A stretch of DNA of 64,000 bases from Octopus vulgaris (GCA_951406725.2 OX597821.1:89032001-89096000), one strand, 5' to 3'; counted from the first letter of the stretch, positions 40,719 through 53,219 are shown. Notes: generated by a model not told the origin, from the letters alone. Program-made: numbers and translations.

Positions 40719-43700
40719 CTAGTTTGTGAATCCACCTCTGATACGTGGCACTTGATCAACAAGGGAGTTCGATGCTGCTGCCCGCATCCGTGTCTCCTGT
40801 CGTGAGGTAGGTTCATCTGGGACTCCCAACAAGAAGAGATCCAGTTTAGTTTTAAAGAAACCCACATCCACACCATGTAAGTCTCTCAGGCATTTAGGGA
40901 GGATGTTAAAGAGCTGTGGTCCTCTGAAACCCAAGCTGTTGCAGTATCTGGACCTGTATTTTGATGGTGATGTTGGAATCCTTGGCACCACGCAGCGGCG
41001 CCCCGTTCTGCGGTTGGAGTAACTTTGAATGCCAAAGTTTGGGACAAGACCCTCCAGGATTTTCCAGATGTATATCACTGCATATCTCTCCCGCCTCCGC
41101 TCCAGGGAGAAGAGGTTTAATACCTTCAGTCTTTCCCAGTAGCTGACATTTTGCATTGAGACGATTTTCTTTGTGTAGCTTCTCTGAGTTGCTTCGAGTT
41201 CTGCTGTTTGTTTTATATTGTGTGGTGACCAAAGTTGGGAGCAGTAGTCCAAGCGGCTGAGGACAAATGTTTTCCATAGGACCATCAGTGTCTCCTTCTC
41301 TCTTGTTCTGAAAGTTCGGAGAATCCATCCAGCTAGCCGTCTGCATTTTATCACCAGATTAGCAATATGCATTTGGAAAGATGCATCATTGCTCATGTCA
41401 ATGCCCAGGTCACGCACTGATTTTGACTCAGGGATTGCAATTCTTCCTGGGCCAGTGTATCCAGTCTTCACGTCATTTACCTTTGTGTGCCAGTAGCGCA
41501 GGGCCTGGAACTTACCTGCATTAAACTGCATGTTGTTGTCCGCAGCCCACCTGTATATTGTGTCCAGCTCATGTTGCAGATGCGCAATATTTTCAGGGTT
41601 TTGTATTGCGTGGGAGACTTTTGTGTCATCTGCATAGCTAGCAAGGGTGGTCATCGTAGCAACTGAAGGCATGTCTGAAAGGGCCACTATGAACATCAGT
41701 GGCCCCAAGACAGTGCCCTGTGGGACACCGCTTGTTATTTGCGTTTCCCTGGAGGTGGCTCCATTGCTCACAACTGCCTGTTTTCTGTCTTTTAGGAAGT
41801 TGTGCAGCCACTCTCCAAGTTTCCCGCCTATGCCGAGACCACGCAGTTTGTGACAGATCATACCATGGTCGACTTTATCAAAGGCTTTTGCAAAGTCAAG
41901 ATATATTACATCCACATTTGAGCCATTTAGTAGCTGTTTCAACACCCAGTCATAGTGTTGCAGGAGCTGTGTTAGGCAGCCTCTACCTGGTCGAAATCCA
42001 TGCTGGGTGTCAGACAGTAAGTCATTTTCTTCAAGGAACATGATTAGTTTCTTACGGACTATTCGTTCCATGACTTTGCTGATGTGTGAGGTCAGAGAGA
42101 TAGGCCTATAATTTTTAGCATCTGCTCTGCTACCTCCCTTATGGATAGGGCATATTACCCCCTCTTTCAGTTTGACTGGGAGCTTACCACTTGCAAGAAA
42201 GCTCTGAAAAAGAAGCTGTAGCGGTTTTGCAAGGGCTCGTTTGCACGATTTGAGAAGGATCGCTGGGAATCCATCAGGTCCAGCAGCTGAGTTTGTGTCA
42301 ATCTCATCAATGGCTAGTGTGATATCATCTTCTTCGATGTTGATGTACTCAATTTTTGTCTCTTTGGCCGCTGGTAAAGTGGCAAAGAATTCTTCTGGGT
42401 TGTTTACTTGCCTGTGTCCTAGAGGTGTAGTGAACACACTTTGGAACTGTTCGTTCAGTATTTCACTTATCCTCGTGGGATTTCCTGTGAGAGAGCCATC
42501 TTTTTGGAAGAGAGGTCCTATTCTCTGGTGCACTGTGGCTGTCTCTTTGGCAAACTTAAAGAAAGCTTTAGGGTTTGATTTTATATTTTCTATTACCCAA
42601 GCTTCTTTATCTGCTCTCTCCTTTTCATGGGACTGATGTAGACTTTTCTCAGTTTCCATTAGCATTCTTTCGAGCCGAGACTTCTCACCACTTTTGGTGT
42701 GCTTGCTCAGGCGGTTTGCAATCCTTGTCCGTCGTCTCATAAGAATCCTCCTTTCTCTAGGGATCCTGTTTTTATTCTTGTGTGTGCTGGCCCTGCACAT
42801 TGGGACATATTTGTCACATATGGCTTGTATTATGGACATGAAGTGTTTGTGTTTCATGTTTATGTCCGGTGTGGAGAGACATTCAGGCCAATCCTGTTTG
42901 AGGATCTCTTTCTCAATCGACTTCCAGTTGGCTTTATGAAAGTTTAAGTTGGAGAGATGGTGGGTGCTTCGTATAGGCTGTGTGTCTGCGGGGGCTTTTG
43001 TTCCATACATAGACAGCTCTATTATGTTGTGATCCGAGATCATTGTCGGCATCACATTAACATTATGGATAATATCCATATTGTTTGTAAAGCAGAGATC
43101 CAGTATATTATCTGCCCTTGTTGGTTGCAGAACTATTTGCTCCATGAAAGAGGTATTTGTGAGATGGAGCAGGGACTCCACCTGTGCCTGCTGATGGTGT
43201 GTCATCCCTGGGAGCATCTGCCCCCCAGGCCATTCCACATTGGGGAGGTTAAAGTCACCCATGAAGAATACACTGTTGTGCTGTTCAAGGTTGGTGAGGA
43301 CTTCTCCTATTTTTGTTAGGCAGTCTTCAAACATGCCTGAGTGTTTTGGGGCGTCTGGTGGGCGATATGTAGTGCATATGACGATATTCAGTTGTCTTAT
43401 GTGTACAATTTGAGTTTCACATACTGAGTTTGAATATGACAGCAGGACCTGGGGCGTGAGGTCATCTCGGATGTACATTGCAACTCCACCATGGCTCCTC
43501 CCTTTTCTATCTGTGCGTATGACTGCATATTGCGGCATGTGTATTTCTGCATCACCTATATCGGGTTCAAGATGCGTTTCTGTGAGTGCCATGCATATAG
43601 CTTGATTGCATGTCACAAGGTCTCTCAGGAATGAAATTTTCTTTTTACAGTTTCCGCGCAGCAGCCCTCCTACATTCAGTAGAAATATTTTTGTGGTGTG

Positions 43701-43823
43701 TGTGTTGGTGTTGGTGTCTGTGGTGGCCATCCTGCATCTGTTGGAGGTGGCCTTATGTGGTGGTAGTTCCAGCTTTGTGCTTGTAGCCAGGTCAGCTGCT
43801 GAACAATTTTTTGTGCCATGCAC
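40719..43823 (-). CDS. LINE ORF2: APE endonuclease + reverse transcriptase (1034 aa; alternative start at 43730)
   Basis: APE motifs LNVGG, TETHL, YRPP, GDFN, LDL, SDH; RT motifs NYRPISLTS, QHGF, DFAKAFD, GVPQGTVLGP, YADD; CR1-type SLERRR. Confidence 0.95.
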   Translation of the reverse strand: MHGTKNCSAADLATSTKLELPPHKATSNRCRMATTDTNTNTHTTKIFLLNVGGLLRGNCKKKISFLRDLVTCNQAICMALTETHLEPDIGDAEIHMPQYAVIRTDRKGRSHGGVAMYIRDDLTPQVLLSYSNSVCETQIVHIRQLNIVICTTYRPPDAPKHSGMFEDCLTKIGEVLTNLEQHNSVFFMGDFNLPNVEWPGGQMLPGMTHHQQAQVESLLHLTNTSFMEQIVLQPTRADNILDLCFTNNMDIIHNVNVMPTMISDHNIIELSMYGTKAPADTQPIRSTHHLSNLNFHKANWKSIEKEILKQDWPECLSTPDINMKHKHFMSIIQAICDKYVPMCRASTHKNKNRIPRERRILMRRRTRIANRLSKHTKSGEKSRLERMLMETEKSLHQSHEKERADKEAWVIENIKSNPKAFFKFAKETATVHQRIGPLFQKDGSLTGNPTRISEILNEQFQSVFTTPLGHRQVNNPEEFFATLPAAKETKIEYINIEEDDITLAIDEIDTNSAAGPDGFPAILLKSCKRALAKPLQLLFQSFLASGKLPVKLKEGVICPIHKGGSRADAKNYRPISLTSHISKVMERIVRKKLIMFLEENDLLSDTQHGFRPGRGCLTQLLQHYDWVLKQLLNGSNVDVIYLDFAKAFDKVDHGMICHKLRGLGIGGKLGEWLHNFLKDRKQAVVSNGATSRETQITSGVPQGTVLGPLMFIVALSDMPSVATMTTLASYADDTKVSHAIQNPENIAHLQHELDTIYRWAADNNMQFNAGKFQALRYWHTKVNDVKTGYTGPGRIAIPESKSVRDLGIDMSNDASFQMHIANLVIKCRRLAGWILRTFRTREKETLMVLWKTFVLSRLDYCSQLWSPHNIKQTAELEATQRSYTKKIVSMQNVSYWERLKVLNLFSLERRRERYAVIYIWKILEGLVPNFGIQSYSNRRTGRRCVVPRIPTSPSKYRSRYCNSLGFRGPQLFNILPKCLRDLHGVDVGFFKTKLDLFLLGVPDEPTSRQETRMRAAASNSLVDQVPRIRGGFTN

Positions 43824-44577
43824 AAAAAGACTGCTGTTCAGCTGCCGCCCTTCTCACATCTGGGTGAAGCTGGCCACCTGTTGGGTTTCCGCGCACCACA
43901 TCTGCATACCGTCTTTCAGTAGTGGTCAGTGCGCTTTTTTCCCTTCTTTTAACTTTTTGTTTTTGTTTTTGTTCTCCCTGAGGGAGGGACCTCTGTCTCG
44001 CGTCCGTGCGGTTTTGGTAGGGCCTCCGATGTGCAAAGCGACAGTTTGCACCTTCAACGCCGTACCAGCAGTCCCCCCTCAGGTAGAATTTGCAGGTGTT
44101 TCTTTCCCTGCCCTTACAGTTTTTGCTGGGGTCCCTCTGCTTTCTCTGGACAGGGCTTCCTTTAGCCTTGATTCTGTCACCCTTTACCTCCTGCTTCCCA
44201 TCAATTCCAGGGTGCCTTTCCTTTCTTGCGGCCATCGCACCTCTTTGGTCTTCAGTTGTGGTGTTGGAAGCTGGACATGTGTCATCGTTTCCCTGTGTTC
44301 CAGGCTTCTCCATTTGGCTCTGGATGCTTTCCTCATCCTTTTGGCCCTCCCTGCTGCCGTCACCTCCCAGGATGATGTCCAGGGTGTCCACATGTTGCCT
44401 GATTAGAGCGTACGAACGGATAACTTCTCTCTTCTTTCGCTCTATCTGGGCGGTGGTTCTCGAAAAATTGTTGCTTTTCAGCGCCGCAGCAATAATGTCG
44501 TTCGGCGAGTCGTCCTCAGCGATCTTCCAAGCGCGGACGAACAATTGCACCTCTCTCGCAGACCAGTTTCTTGCCAT
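43792..44577 (-). CDS. LINE ORF1 (261 aa), Myb/SANT-trihelix-like N-terminus and CCCH zinc finger
   Basis: Directly upstream of ORF2; [13 protein letters not shown]...IAAAL...[11 protein letters not shown]...Y; [22 protein letters not shown]. Confidence 0.8.
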   Translation of the reverse strand: MARNWSAREVQLFVRAWKIAEDDSPNDIIAAALKSNNFSRTTAQIERKKREVIRSYALIRQHVDTLDIILGGDGSREGQKDEESIQSQMEKPGTQGNDDTCPASNTTTEDQRGAMAARKERHPGIDGKQEVKGDRIKAKGSPVQRKQRDPSKNCKGRERNTCKFYLRGDCWYGVEGANCRFAHRRPYQNRTDARQRSLPQGEQKQKQKVKRREKSALTTTERRYADVVRGNPTGGQLHPDVRRAAAEQQSFCAWHKKLFSS

Positions 44578-45239
44578 TTTCTTCTAGTGAAATATAGGAA
44601 CAGAGAGAGAGATAGAGAAGGAGAGATATGGAGAGGGAGAAGAGAAAGGAGAAAAGCCAGGGGGGATAGAGAGAGAGACGAGGGGATTTTCCTGAGAGAA
44701 GAGAGAAAGAGAGAAAATAAGAGGGAAAAAAGAGAAAGGTGAGAGAATGGCAGGTCAGCAGGGGGAGAGTGAGCGGGATAGAGGTGTAGTAGAAAGGGAC
44801 AGGGTGGAAAAGTGAGACAAGAGGGTGGACCCTAGGGGGGCAGGGAGAAGAAAGGCGGAGAGATAAAATGGAGAGGAAGAGAGAGATGAAATGGAGAGGG
44901 AGAGAGAGAGAGGGCAGGATAGAGGTACCAGGGAGTGAAGTAAAGGGACAGAGAGGGTGGTGTGGAGGAAGGAGACAGAGAGAGGAAAAAAGAGACAGGG
45001 GGGTGGTGAGCCTTAGAGGGAACAGGGAGAGGAAAGGTAGGAAGAAAAAAGGGGGAAGAGGAAGAGAGGGGGCGCAACAAAGTGTAGTAAAGAGACAGGG
45101 AGGGTGGTGTAGAGAAAGAAATAAGGGGACAGAAGGGGAAGAGGAAAAGGGGTTTGACCTGTGAAGGAGCGGAGAGGAAAGAGGCAGAGAGAGGGAGGGG
45201 GAGTAACAGAGAGAGAGAGAGAGAGAAAGAGGGCGGTAT

Positions 45240-45290
<51 letters not shown>

Positions 45291-45301
45291 TAAATATATA
45301 C

Positions 45302-45334
<33 letters not shown>

Positions 45335-45508
45335 CATATATACATATATACATATATATATATATACATATATATATATAGATATATAGATATATAGATA
45401 TATATATATATATACATATATACATATATAGATACATATATATATATACATATATACATATATATATATATACGTATATACATATATATATACATATACA
45501 TATATATA

Positions 45509-45591
<83 letters not shown>

Positions 45592-46179
45592 TTCCTTTGA
45601 CGCCTGTGCAGAAATTTATTTGTTTTCAAAGAGTGTGCAGTGTGAGAGTTGCATTACATGTATGTGCGCGTATGTGTGCGTGTGTATACGTATATATATA
45701 TATTTAGATTGATAGATTGCTAAATATTGATATTAATATAGATTTATTGTACGTAAGTGAATAAATTCATTAGTATCATACTAAGAATCATTCTTCATGA
45801 CAGATAGACTGCTTAATAAAAATGAAAAATATCAAATCTAGATCGATTATTTCACTAAAATGGATTGCTTCTGAAAAAGAATGTTCTTAAAATATTTGCT
45901 GTCGTACCGAGTCACCTAATATGTTTACTAGTCAAATACACGTTAGTGAATGGTGACATGATGGCTTCATCATCAGTGTTAAAAAAGTTTTATCAGATGA
46001 GAGAAGCTGTGCAATGTCTATAAAGAACGAATATACAGTTGAAGTAATCGAATGCTTGTTTACAAACTGTTTGCAAACCAAGACTTTTTCGATGACTGTG
46101 TAACAGTTATGGAGATTTCAATTCAATGCAGCAAAACTCGTCTTGAATGCCTCATGTTTACATAAATACATACATATAC

Positions 46180-46566
46180 GGAGGCGCAATGGCCCAGTGG
46201 TTAGGGCAGCGGACTCTCGGTCATAGGATCGCCGTTTCGATTCCCAAACCGGGCATTGTGAGTGTTTATTGAGCGAAAACACCTAAAAGCTCCACGAGGC
46301 TCCGGCAGGGGATGGTGGTGATCCCTGCTGTACTCTTTCACCACAACTCTCTCTCACTCTTACTTCCTGTTTCTGTGGTACCTGTATTTCAAAGGGCCGG
46401 CCTTGTCACTCTCTGTGTCACGCTGAATATCCCCGAGAACTACGTTAAGGGTACACGTGTCTGTGGAGTGCTCAGCCACTTACACGTTAATTTCACGAGC
46501 AGGCTGTTCCGTTGATTCGGATCAACCGGAACCCTCATCGTCGTAACCGACGGAGTGCTTCCAACA
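46180..46566 (+). mobile_element. SINE family 2 full copy, 12-bp TSD
   Basis: TSD ACATACATATAC at 46168-46179 and 46567-46578. Confidence 0.9.
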
Positions 46567-46654
46567 ACATACATATACACATAACTACATACATACCTTT
46601 AGTTAGATAGGTAAATAAGTAGGTAGATATTATATATGTATATATGATTGTGCT

Positions 46655-46690
<36 letters not shown>

Positions 46691-46739
46691 AGTGCATTGA
46701 AGAGCAGAGCTTTCCTCCAAGCATTTTATATGGATGGTA

Positions 46740-48150
46740 CAAGTTATATAATTGTGTTAATATAAAATACCATGTTTCACTCCTTTTTATTGATTAAGTT
46801 TTATACTTCCTTATTAACCAGTCATGTTTAGTATGTAAGTATAGCATCTCTAAGTCTATTAGAGTTCCAAGAGCTTTCTTACTCGTCCCAATTTTCTGAA
46901 TATAGTAACGATAGTGGCTCGCTGTTGCCGGGTTTGTATAATAAATACGCTGTAATGCATCATGTGAATGATGTTGTAACTGATAATATCACTATCCTTG
47001 AGTTTAAAGTTCTGAAACCGTTAACCCCATCTTACTTCTATACTTTATTCTACGCATGTTGTATTCTTCTGTTTGTATTTTGCTATTAATAAAGATTCTA
47101 AAGCTAATCTAGTTTATTGAGGAATTCTATACGGGATGGTAATGTTATCAACTAATGTTTTTCAATCTAGTTTTGCTTCGTGTTCTGCATTGCAATGTGC
47201 TATAATAGTTTCTTGTTGTTAATGCATGGTCAACCGAAAATAGATATTCGTGATAACGTAGAACATAAATACGGTATTCAGGCTAGTAGAAACATATTTT
47301 ATTCTGTAGAAAATACCGAATGGAATTTGTTTTGTACTCACTAGTATTACTGATTGTAACCATTTTCAGAAGCGAAAAGAATGTTCTAGATGGTAAAAAA
47401 AGGCTTCTTTGCTAAGTTACTAAATGTTAGTTGAGGCTAAAAGATTATTCTGGTTAAGTAAGTCATTTAATCAGAAAGGGTGTTTCAGTGTTTATGAAGT
47501 GACTAGAAGCAGGCGATCTGGTGAAGTGGGCGTTTTTAACATAGTACTGCTTTGTCGGAACAGTATATACAGTTATAATAAAAAATGTACGCAAGAGAAT
47601 TTTACCGATGCATTTTCAAACTGAACGTTTTATGGTCTGAAAAAGGTTAAATTATCTATTCTCGGGGTATTTACTGATTCAGTAAAAACTTCATGTTAGC
47701 TTACTCTGTAGTCAATATTATATGTTTCTTGCTTATTATTAATGTGAATTAGATTCAATGTGAAACGTAGAATCTCGTTGGCTATTTATTTGCTGTTATC
47801 ATTATATATTCTTGGTAAATTCTGAACGAAAAGAATTATGAGATATTGACAATCGGGCCAATGACGATACAGATTAATAAGTTCGTAGTTATGATGTAAT
47901 TGTACTTCATAAAAACAGTTCTAATTCCAACATGGCGCTAAAGTTTCCTCTCTACTCATCTAGCCTTATTAAGCCCTTTATAGTTTAAACCGGGCCAGTC
48001 CAAATATGACTAAAAAAAGCTTTCATCAAACGTGTTCTGACTTTGGCTATTTTGTATTTCACTGTATTCAGACATCGTTATCCAATGCGCCACCTACTCT
48101 TTCGAATAGATATTTGGGTGCATTTTCTTGTAAGTCATAGTAGATTAAGA
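46740..48150 (-). pseudogene. Possible highly decayed I/Nimb-type LINE
   Basis: Only weak peptide echoes such as RSPASSHFINTETPFL; similarly decayed sequence at ~26000-27560. Confidence 0.3.
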
Positions 48151-48238
48151 GAGTTTCTTCGAGACGTTTATTTTATTTGCTTTTAACCCAAAGCAAGTCT
48201 TGTACTTTCGTCACTGGAAAAAGGATATATATATATAT

Positions 48239-48566
48239 GCAACGGGAACCTACTTTTCATCGACGACCGGTGATTGTCACACACTGATGACGGGTCAATA
48301 CCCAGAAACTCGAGTTCGTGTGTATCATACAGGTTTAAGATGGGAAGGATGGCTTCCCTTTGCAAATACTGATACAGCACACAAAGTTTGTCAATAACCA
48401 GCTGGAAGAGGTGTCCTCCTGGGGCTACAAGCTACAGTAGCATCCACCCTTAAGGGTTAGCCACATTTAAGTGGCAATTATACTTCGCGATGTCGTGCAG
48501 CTACTGTTTATACCTCGCTCAGAGATTTATTATAGTCTCGGAAATATTGTTAAAAATACTGCGAAT
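48239..48566 (+). mobile_element. ~330-bp structured HHR element between (TA)n tracts (candidate retrozyme)
   Basis: Rod 48239-48363 encloses the HHR, followed by hairpins GCTAC/GTAGC, ACCCTT/AAGGGT, GCCAC/GTGGC, GAGAT/GTCTC. Confidence 0.7.
48271..48327 (+). ncRNA. Type I hammerhead ribozyme, canonical core
   Basis: TGAT TGT CACACA CTGATGA C GGG TCAATA CCC A GAAAC TCGA GT T CGTGTG T ATCA; mismatches at the base of stems I and II. Confidence 0.8.
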
Positions 48567-48836
48567 TATATATATATATATATATCAGCAAAATTTAGAT
48601 TAGTTAAAATATGTTTGTGACATATTTCAACTGCTAAAAGGCAAATTTGCTGCAGTTACCGTGGAAAAATATCTCTCTTATGGTAAAAATTTGTGAAGAC
48701 ACAAATTTCTTTCAATGTCGACATCTTTCAAGAATCCCAGACATCGTTGTTTCGAATTTTTTAACTCTTGTCAATGGGATGTACCCAAGAGAGGCAACTC
48801 TGAACAAACTGTTATGTAATAATAATAATAATAATG

Positions 48837-48902
<66 letters not shown>

Positions 48903-48944
48903 TTAATAATAATGATGATGATGATGATGACAATAATAAAAATA

Positions 48945-49205
48945 ATATATCAGCATACCTCAAATGGTAGAAATTAGTGCTCATGGGAACTGCCCATATC
49001 CTACGCAAAATACTTTCTATGTAATCTCAAATTTTAAAACAAACATAATTTTCTTATGGTTTATTAAACATTCTCTAGAACAACACTATGTACAAAACTA
49101 AATACATGACACCCTAAGCGTACCACCAACATGAACTTCTAACTTGTTGTCTCTTGAGGTCTCTGGGCGAGACTTGTTCAAATGTAAAGCAAAAGTCAAA
49201 CATAA
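48945..49205 (+). mobile_element. R4/Dong-like family B 3' end following (AAT)n
   Basis: LVLMGTAHILRKILSM*; homologous to 8946-9226. Confidence 0.75.
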
Positions 49206-49321
49206 AACAATAACGATGAAGATGAAATTGTAACAACAAAAGAACGAGACCTCGATATTAGATAAATACAAAAATGTTTATATGTATTATAAATTAGAAC
49301 AAACAGCAAAAAGTTGTCATT

Positions 49322-49380
49322 ATAGTAATCGGAGTTTCGAATGTCGGAGCAAAGAGCTACGATGCATTCTTGTCGGCTAT
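49322..49380 (-). ncRNA. Degenerate hammerhead (CCGACAA core)
   Basis: Minus strand ATAG CCGACAA GAATG...CATTC GAAACTCCGATT A CTAT. Confidence 0.5.
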
Positions 49381-49495
49381 TAATAGCAAGAGGCGCTATG
49401 AAAAACTGTTGAATAAAAGGGAAGTTACGCTAATAGATAGAAACAGAAAATACGGTAAAAAGATGAAAAAAAATACACACAACCATACACATACA

Positions 49496-49705
49496 CGAAG
49501 GGGTACTGAAAAGTTCCTGACTTTGCGTAAAAGAAAATCATGGAGGATCAATTCATTATGATTCTATTCAACATATTCCCCTCTCAGATTCCCACACTTA
49601 TTGAGGTGGTCCTTCAGATTTTCTATGCTCTGGAAAAGAACTGGGATGGTTGGGCCTCCAGCAAGGCCTTTCACGATACCCTTAATGCCTTAAAGCACAC
49701 CCTCG
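49496..49705. mobile_element. Mariner-derived non-autonomous element (MITE)
   Basis: Imperfect TIRs CGAAGGGGTACTGAAAAG / TAAAGCACACCCTCG followed by TA. Confidence 0.6.
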
Positions 49706-49733
49706 TATATTATTATTATTATTGTTATTATTA

Positions 49734-49800
<67 letters not shown>

Positions 49801-49802
49801 CA

Positions 49803-49839
<37 letters not shown>

Positions 49840-51187
49840 TTTTTTTTTCTTCTTTCAAATTTGCTTCCATTTCTTGCCTAGTGTCTTCCCGACTCCTAAG
49901 GCAAAGAAACTCATAGTATACATTGGTAGGCCATTAAACCAAACTCAATAGTTCGTTCATTTTTTTTTTTTTTTTAAGTTAAATTAAAATACATGAGCAG
50001 CAACAGTTCTCACATCGACAATGCTCTTCTCAATACGTGTGATGTACCAGTTAAGACAAGCTTTTGCACTTCTTGCAGGGATGGTAAGCCAGGGATCATT
50101 CTCATATAATTTTCGGTTCCCTTCTTGATCATTCCTAGTGCTCCTACGATCACTGGTATTGTAACCGCCTTGAGATGCCACATTTTCTCAATTTCAATGA
50201 GTAGGTCTTTATATTTTCTGAGCTTGTCAAACTCTTTCGCTGAGATATTATAATCACAGGGGATGCTCATGTCGATCAATAAGCAAACTTTATTGTTTTG
50301 GTCTTTCACAACAATATCTGGTTTATTGGCCTTGATGGTTCGGTCTGTATGTACTGGAAAGTCCCACAGAATGGTTACATTTTCTCCTTCAGTTACAGCC
50401 TCAGGGTGGTGATTATACCACTTGTCGGCAGTTTTGATATTGTAATGCCGACTTATTAGCCAGTGGAGATATTGGCCAACTCTGTCATGTCTTAATTTAT
50501 ACTCCACTGGTGCTAAGACTTTACATCCAGAGATTAGGTGGTCCACTGTTTCAATCATGTCGTTGCAGAATCGGCATTTTGGGTCTGCTCCATTTTTCAT
50601 CACATTGGCCTGGTAGTTCCGGGTTAATAGGCTTTGATCTTGAGCAGCCAGGATGAAACCTTCGCTCTCTGCTTTTAGCCCTGAGCTCCGTAGCCACTGA
50701 TGGGTTTGCTTCTGGTCAACATCAGCTTGTTTGCTGTGGGTCACATATTTGCCGTGCAGAGGTTTCTCCTCCCACCTATCAGCCAATTGCTCGTGCGTTT
50801 TTTTTCGTTGCCATCATTTTCACCTTCTTTGCAACAATAGTTGCCGTACTTCCCTCGGGTTGTTCAGTTTGGGTATCCTGCACGAGATCAATAGCAAATT
50901 TTTTGCTTTCCTTTATAATAGAATGAAGCTTCTTTCGTCTCTCGTGATTTTCCACGAGCTTTAGCATCCAGTCATTCGATATTTCGAGATATTTGGCCAG
51001 TCCAATTGTGGTTGTTTTGTAAGCTAGTTCAAATTGGATCAGGCCTCGACCTCCTTGGGCTCTGGGAAGGTAAAGGCGATCTACGTCTGCCTTTGGGTGG
51101 TGCATCCTATTACAACTCAGCAGCTTGCGTATTTTCCTATCTATATTCTTTACTTCACTCATATTCCAGTTCAGTTCACTCATATTC
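49840..51187 (-). mobile_element. 5'-truncated R4/Dong-clade non-LTR retrotransposon (RT C-terminus, CCHC finger, restriction-like endonuclease) in (TAA)n
   Basis: ORFs 50779-51183 and 50010-50786: RLYLPRAQGGRGL, KPLHGKY, CRFC...HLISGC, RHD, KPDIVV...LIDMSIP...K..KY; one frameshift at a T-run near 50800; (ATT)n on both sides. Confidence 0.92.
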
Positions 51188-51287
<100 letters not shown>

Positions 51288-51318
51288 GTTATCATTATTA
51301 TTGTTATTATTATTATTA

Positions 51319-51388
<70 letters not shown>

Positions 51389-51398
51389 CATTATTATT

Positions 51399-51948
51399 GA
51401 GAGAGAGAGAGAGAGAGCAGTGCATGCCATCAAAGTGATACTGGGGTACAAAAATTCAAAGCCCAATATATCAATCATGACTACTTGTCTGATAGGAGTA
51501 TACGAGGCACTTGCATCACAGCCATGTGTGCATGATATCGTGACTTCCTATGAAGATAAACAGCGCATGACTTTGCAGATGGGGCCCAGTTAGAATTTTC
51601 TTCAGGTCAAGTAGCCCATCCCACTCAAAAAGTCCCTGAGTAAGGGTTGTTTAAGGATGATGAACGAAACACCCATGTTTCCAGAGGTGAATTAGTCAAA
51701 ACCCAAAGAATTCTTCTCAACACATGGCTATGATGCTCTCCCACTACTTCTGCTCGTGATCAGAGATGCACATTTTGTCAGTCACAAAACCATAACCAGA
51801 CGTGGTTATGGTCAAGCAACTGACGAGCAAATCTGTGGCATTGAGCAGAATATTTGCTGTAACCCAATATTTATACAAAGACAAAATATGGACATGATAA
51901 CACTTTCAATCGGTTTTGATCAAAAGCTATGTGAGCCGGTGACTGGCA
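51399..51948 (-). mobile_element. (TAA)n-flanked non-coding repeat, possibly the 3' UTR of another Dong-like family
   Basis: Homologous to 32025-32420; bounded by (ATT)n on both sides. Confidence 0.6.
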
Positions 51949-52600
51949 TTATTATTATTACGTTATGACGGTCGTTTGTGATTTGAGAGGATGCGGTGAA
52001 TAACTCTACTACATAGAATAACGTTATAAAACATACCTAACAGATTCAGTTACTGATCACTATAAAGCAGGCTGAAAGAGGCGGTCCATAAGTAGAAGCT
52101 ACTTCTCCTTTAGACTTATCTAAATAATCAGTACAGTTCTAAGCAGGAAGGATAAGAACTAGATGTTGAGAATACTTTGAAGGTTGAAGTTGAACACTTT
52201 GCGAAACAGAGGTTATTAGCTGAAGGCAACAATAATACAAGAGAATAGAAACAAATAAAAACAAATAAATATGAATTTCAAGAATAGAAAAAATATAAAT
52301 CTGTTTTATCATTATTGCTGTCTGGCAATAAATTATAAATTTATTAATACTTATTATTTTCGTTTTTTTAGACTACTTTGAAGAAATATATTACCAATAC
52401 CATCATAATGAACATAACTATCATTAGACCTACTAACAAGATTATCATGAACATCACAAAAATATACTCTATCTACCATTCTCCCCCACCATCGTCGCTA
52501 TCAATGCTAACTTTATCACCATAAGAGTAATACAAATCTACTGATTATAGTGGTGGTAGGCGGTGACGTTAGGCAGTTCTACTGATTATGATGGCAGTGG

Positions 52601-52634
<34 letters not shown>

Positions 52635-52879
52635 AATGAGGATGATGATGATGATGATGAGGAGGAGGAGGAGGAGGAGATGGAGGAAGAGGCGGACGTG
52701 GTGTGGTGAGAGAAAGATGCACACTATTTTGCACAGTTCAAACTACTGATTTATTTTCCATGTTCAGATAACATCAGGATTTAGGTATACTAACTAACCA
52801 CATAAGTATTTATCAATGCTGAAAAAAGTCTGAGTTGTTGATATGCATACACACACAAATACACAAACGCGCGCAGAGT

Positions 52880-53070
52880 ACCAAAAGCACAAGTTCCGCG
52901 GGATCAGACAACAGGTGGAACCGTGAAATTGCCAAGTGGTATCCAAGAGAACGTAGAAGGCTCCTTAGAAAGCCTCTACAACGATAGGAAGACGAGTTAG
53001 TCAAGCAATTTGGGTCGAGATGGAAAAGAATGACACAATTAATACAGGAACGGAAGCGCAGTATAACCAG
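52880..53070 (+). pseudogene. RTE-clade LINE 3' fragment
   Basis: DNRWNREIAKWYPRERRR...R*EDELVKQFGSRWKRM. Confidence 0.7.
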
Positions 53071-53119
53071 CTGTTTCTAAGAGCATCTGATGCGATAGTG
53101 ATATATATATATACATACA

Positions 53120-53164
<45 letters not shown>

Positions 53165-53171
53165 ACAACAG

Positions 53172-53219
<48 letters not shown>

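Larger units (their letters stand above)
40641..45236 (-). mobile_element. Apparently full-length, intact CR1-clade LINE
   Basis: CT-rich 5' UTR, ORF1, uninterrupted APE-RT ORF2, short 3' UTR with hairpin, (AAGGATTTT)n tail; embedded in (TA)-rich tracts. Confidence 0.92.

Noticed and set aside
43606-44587. Antisense ORFs of 266 and 165 aa over LINE ORF1
   Set aside because: Shadow frames with no recognisable motifs.
44516-45629. 341- and 265-aa ORFs upstream of ORF1
   Set aside because: Low-complexity CT/TA sequence that lacks stops by composition.
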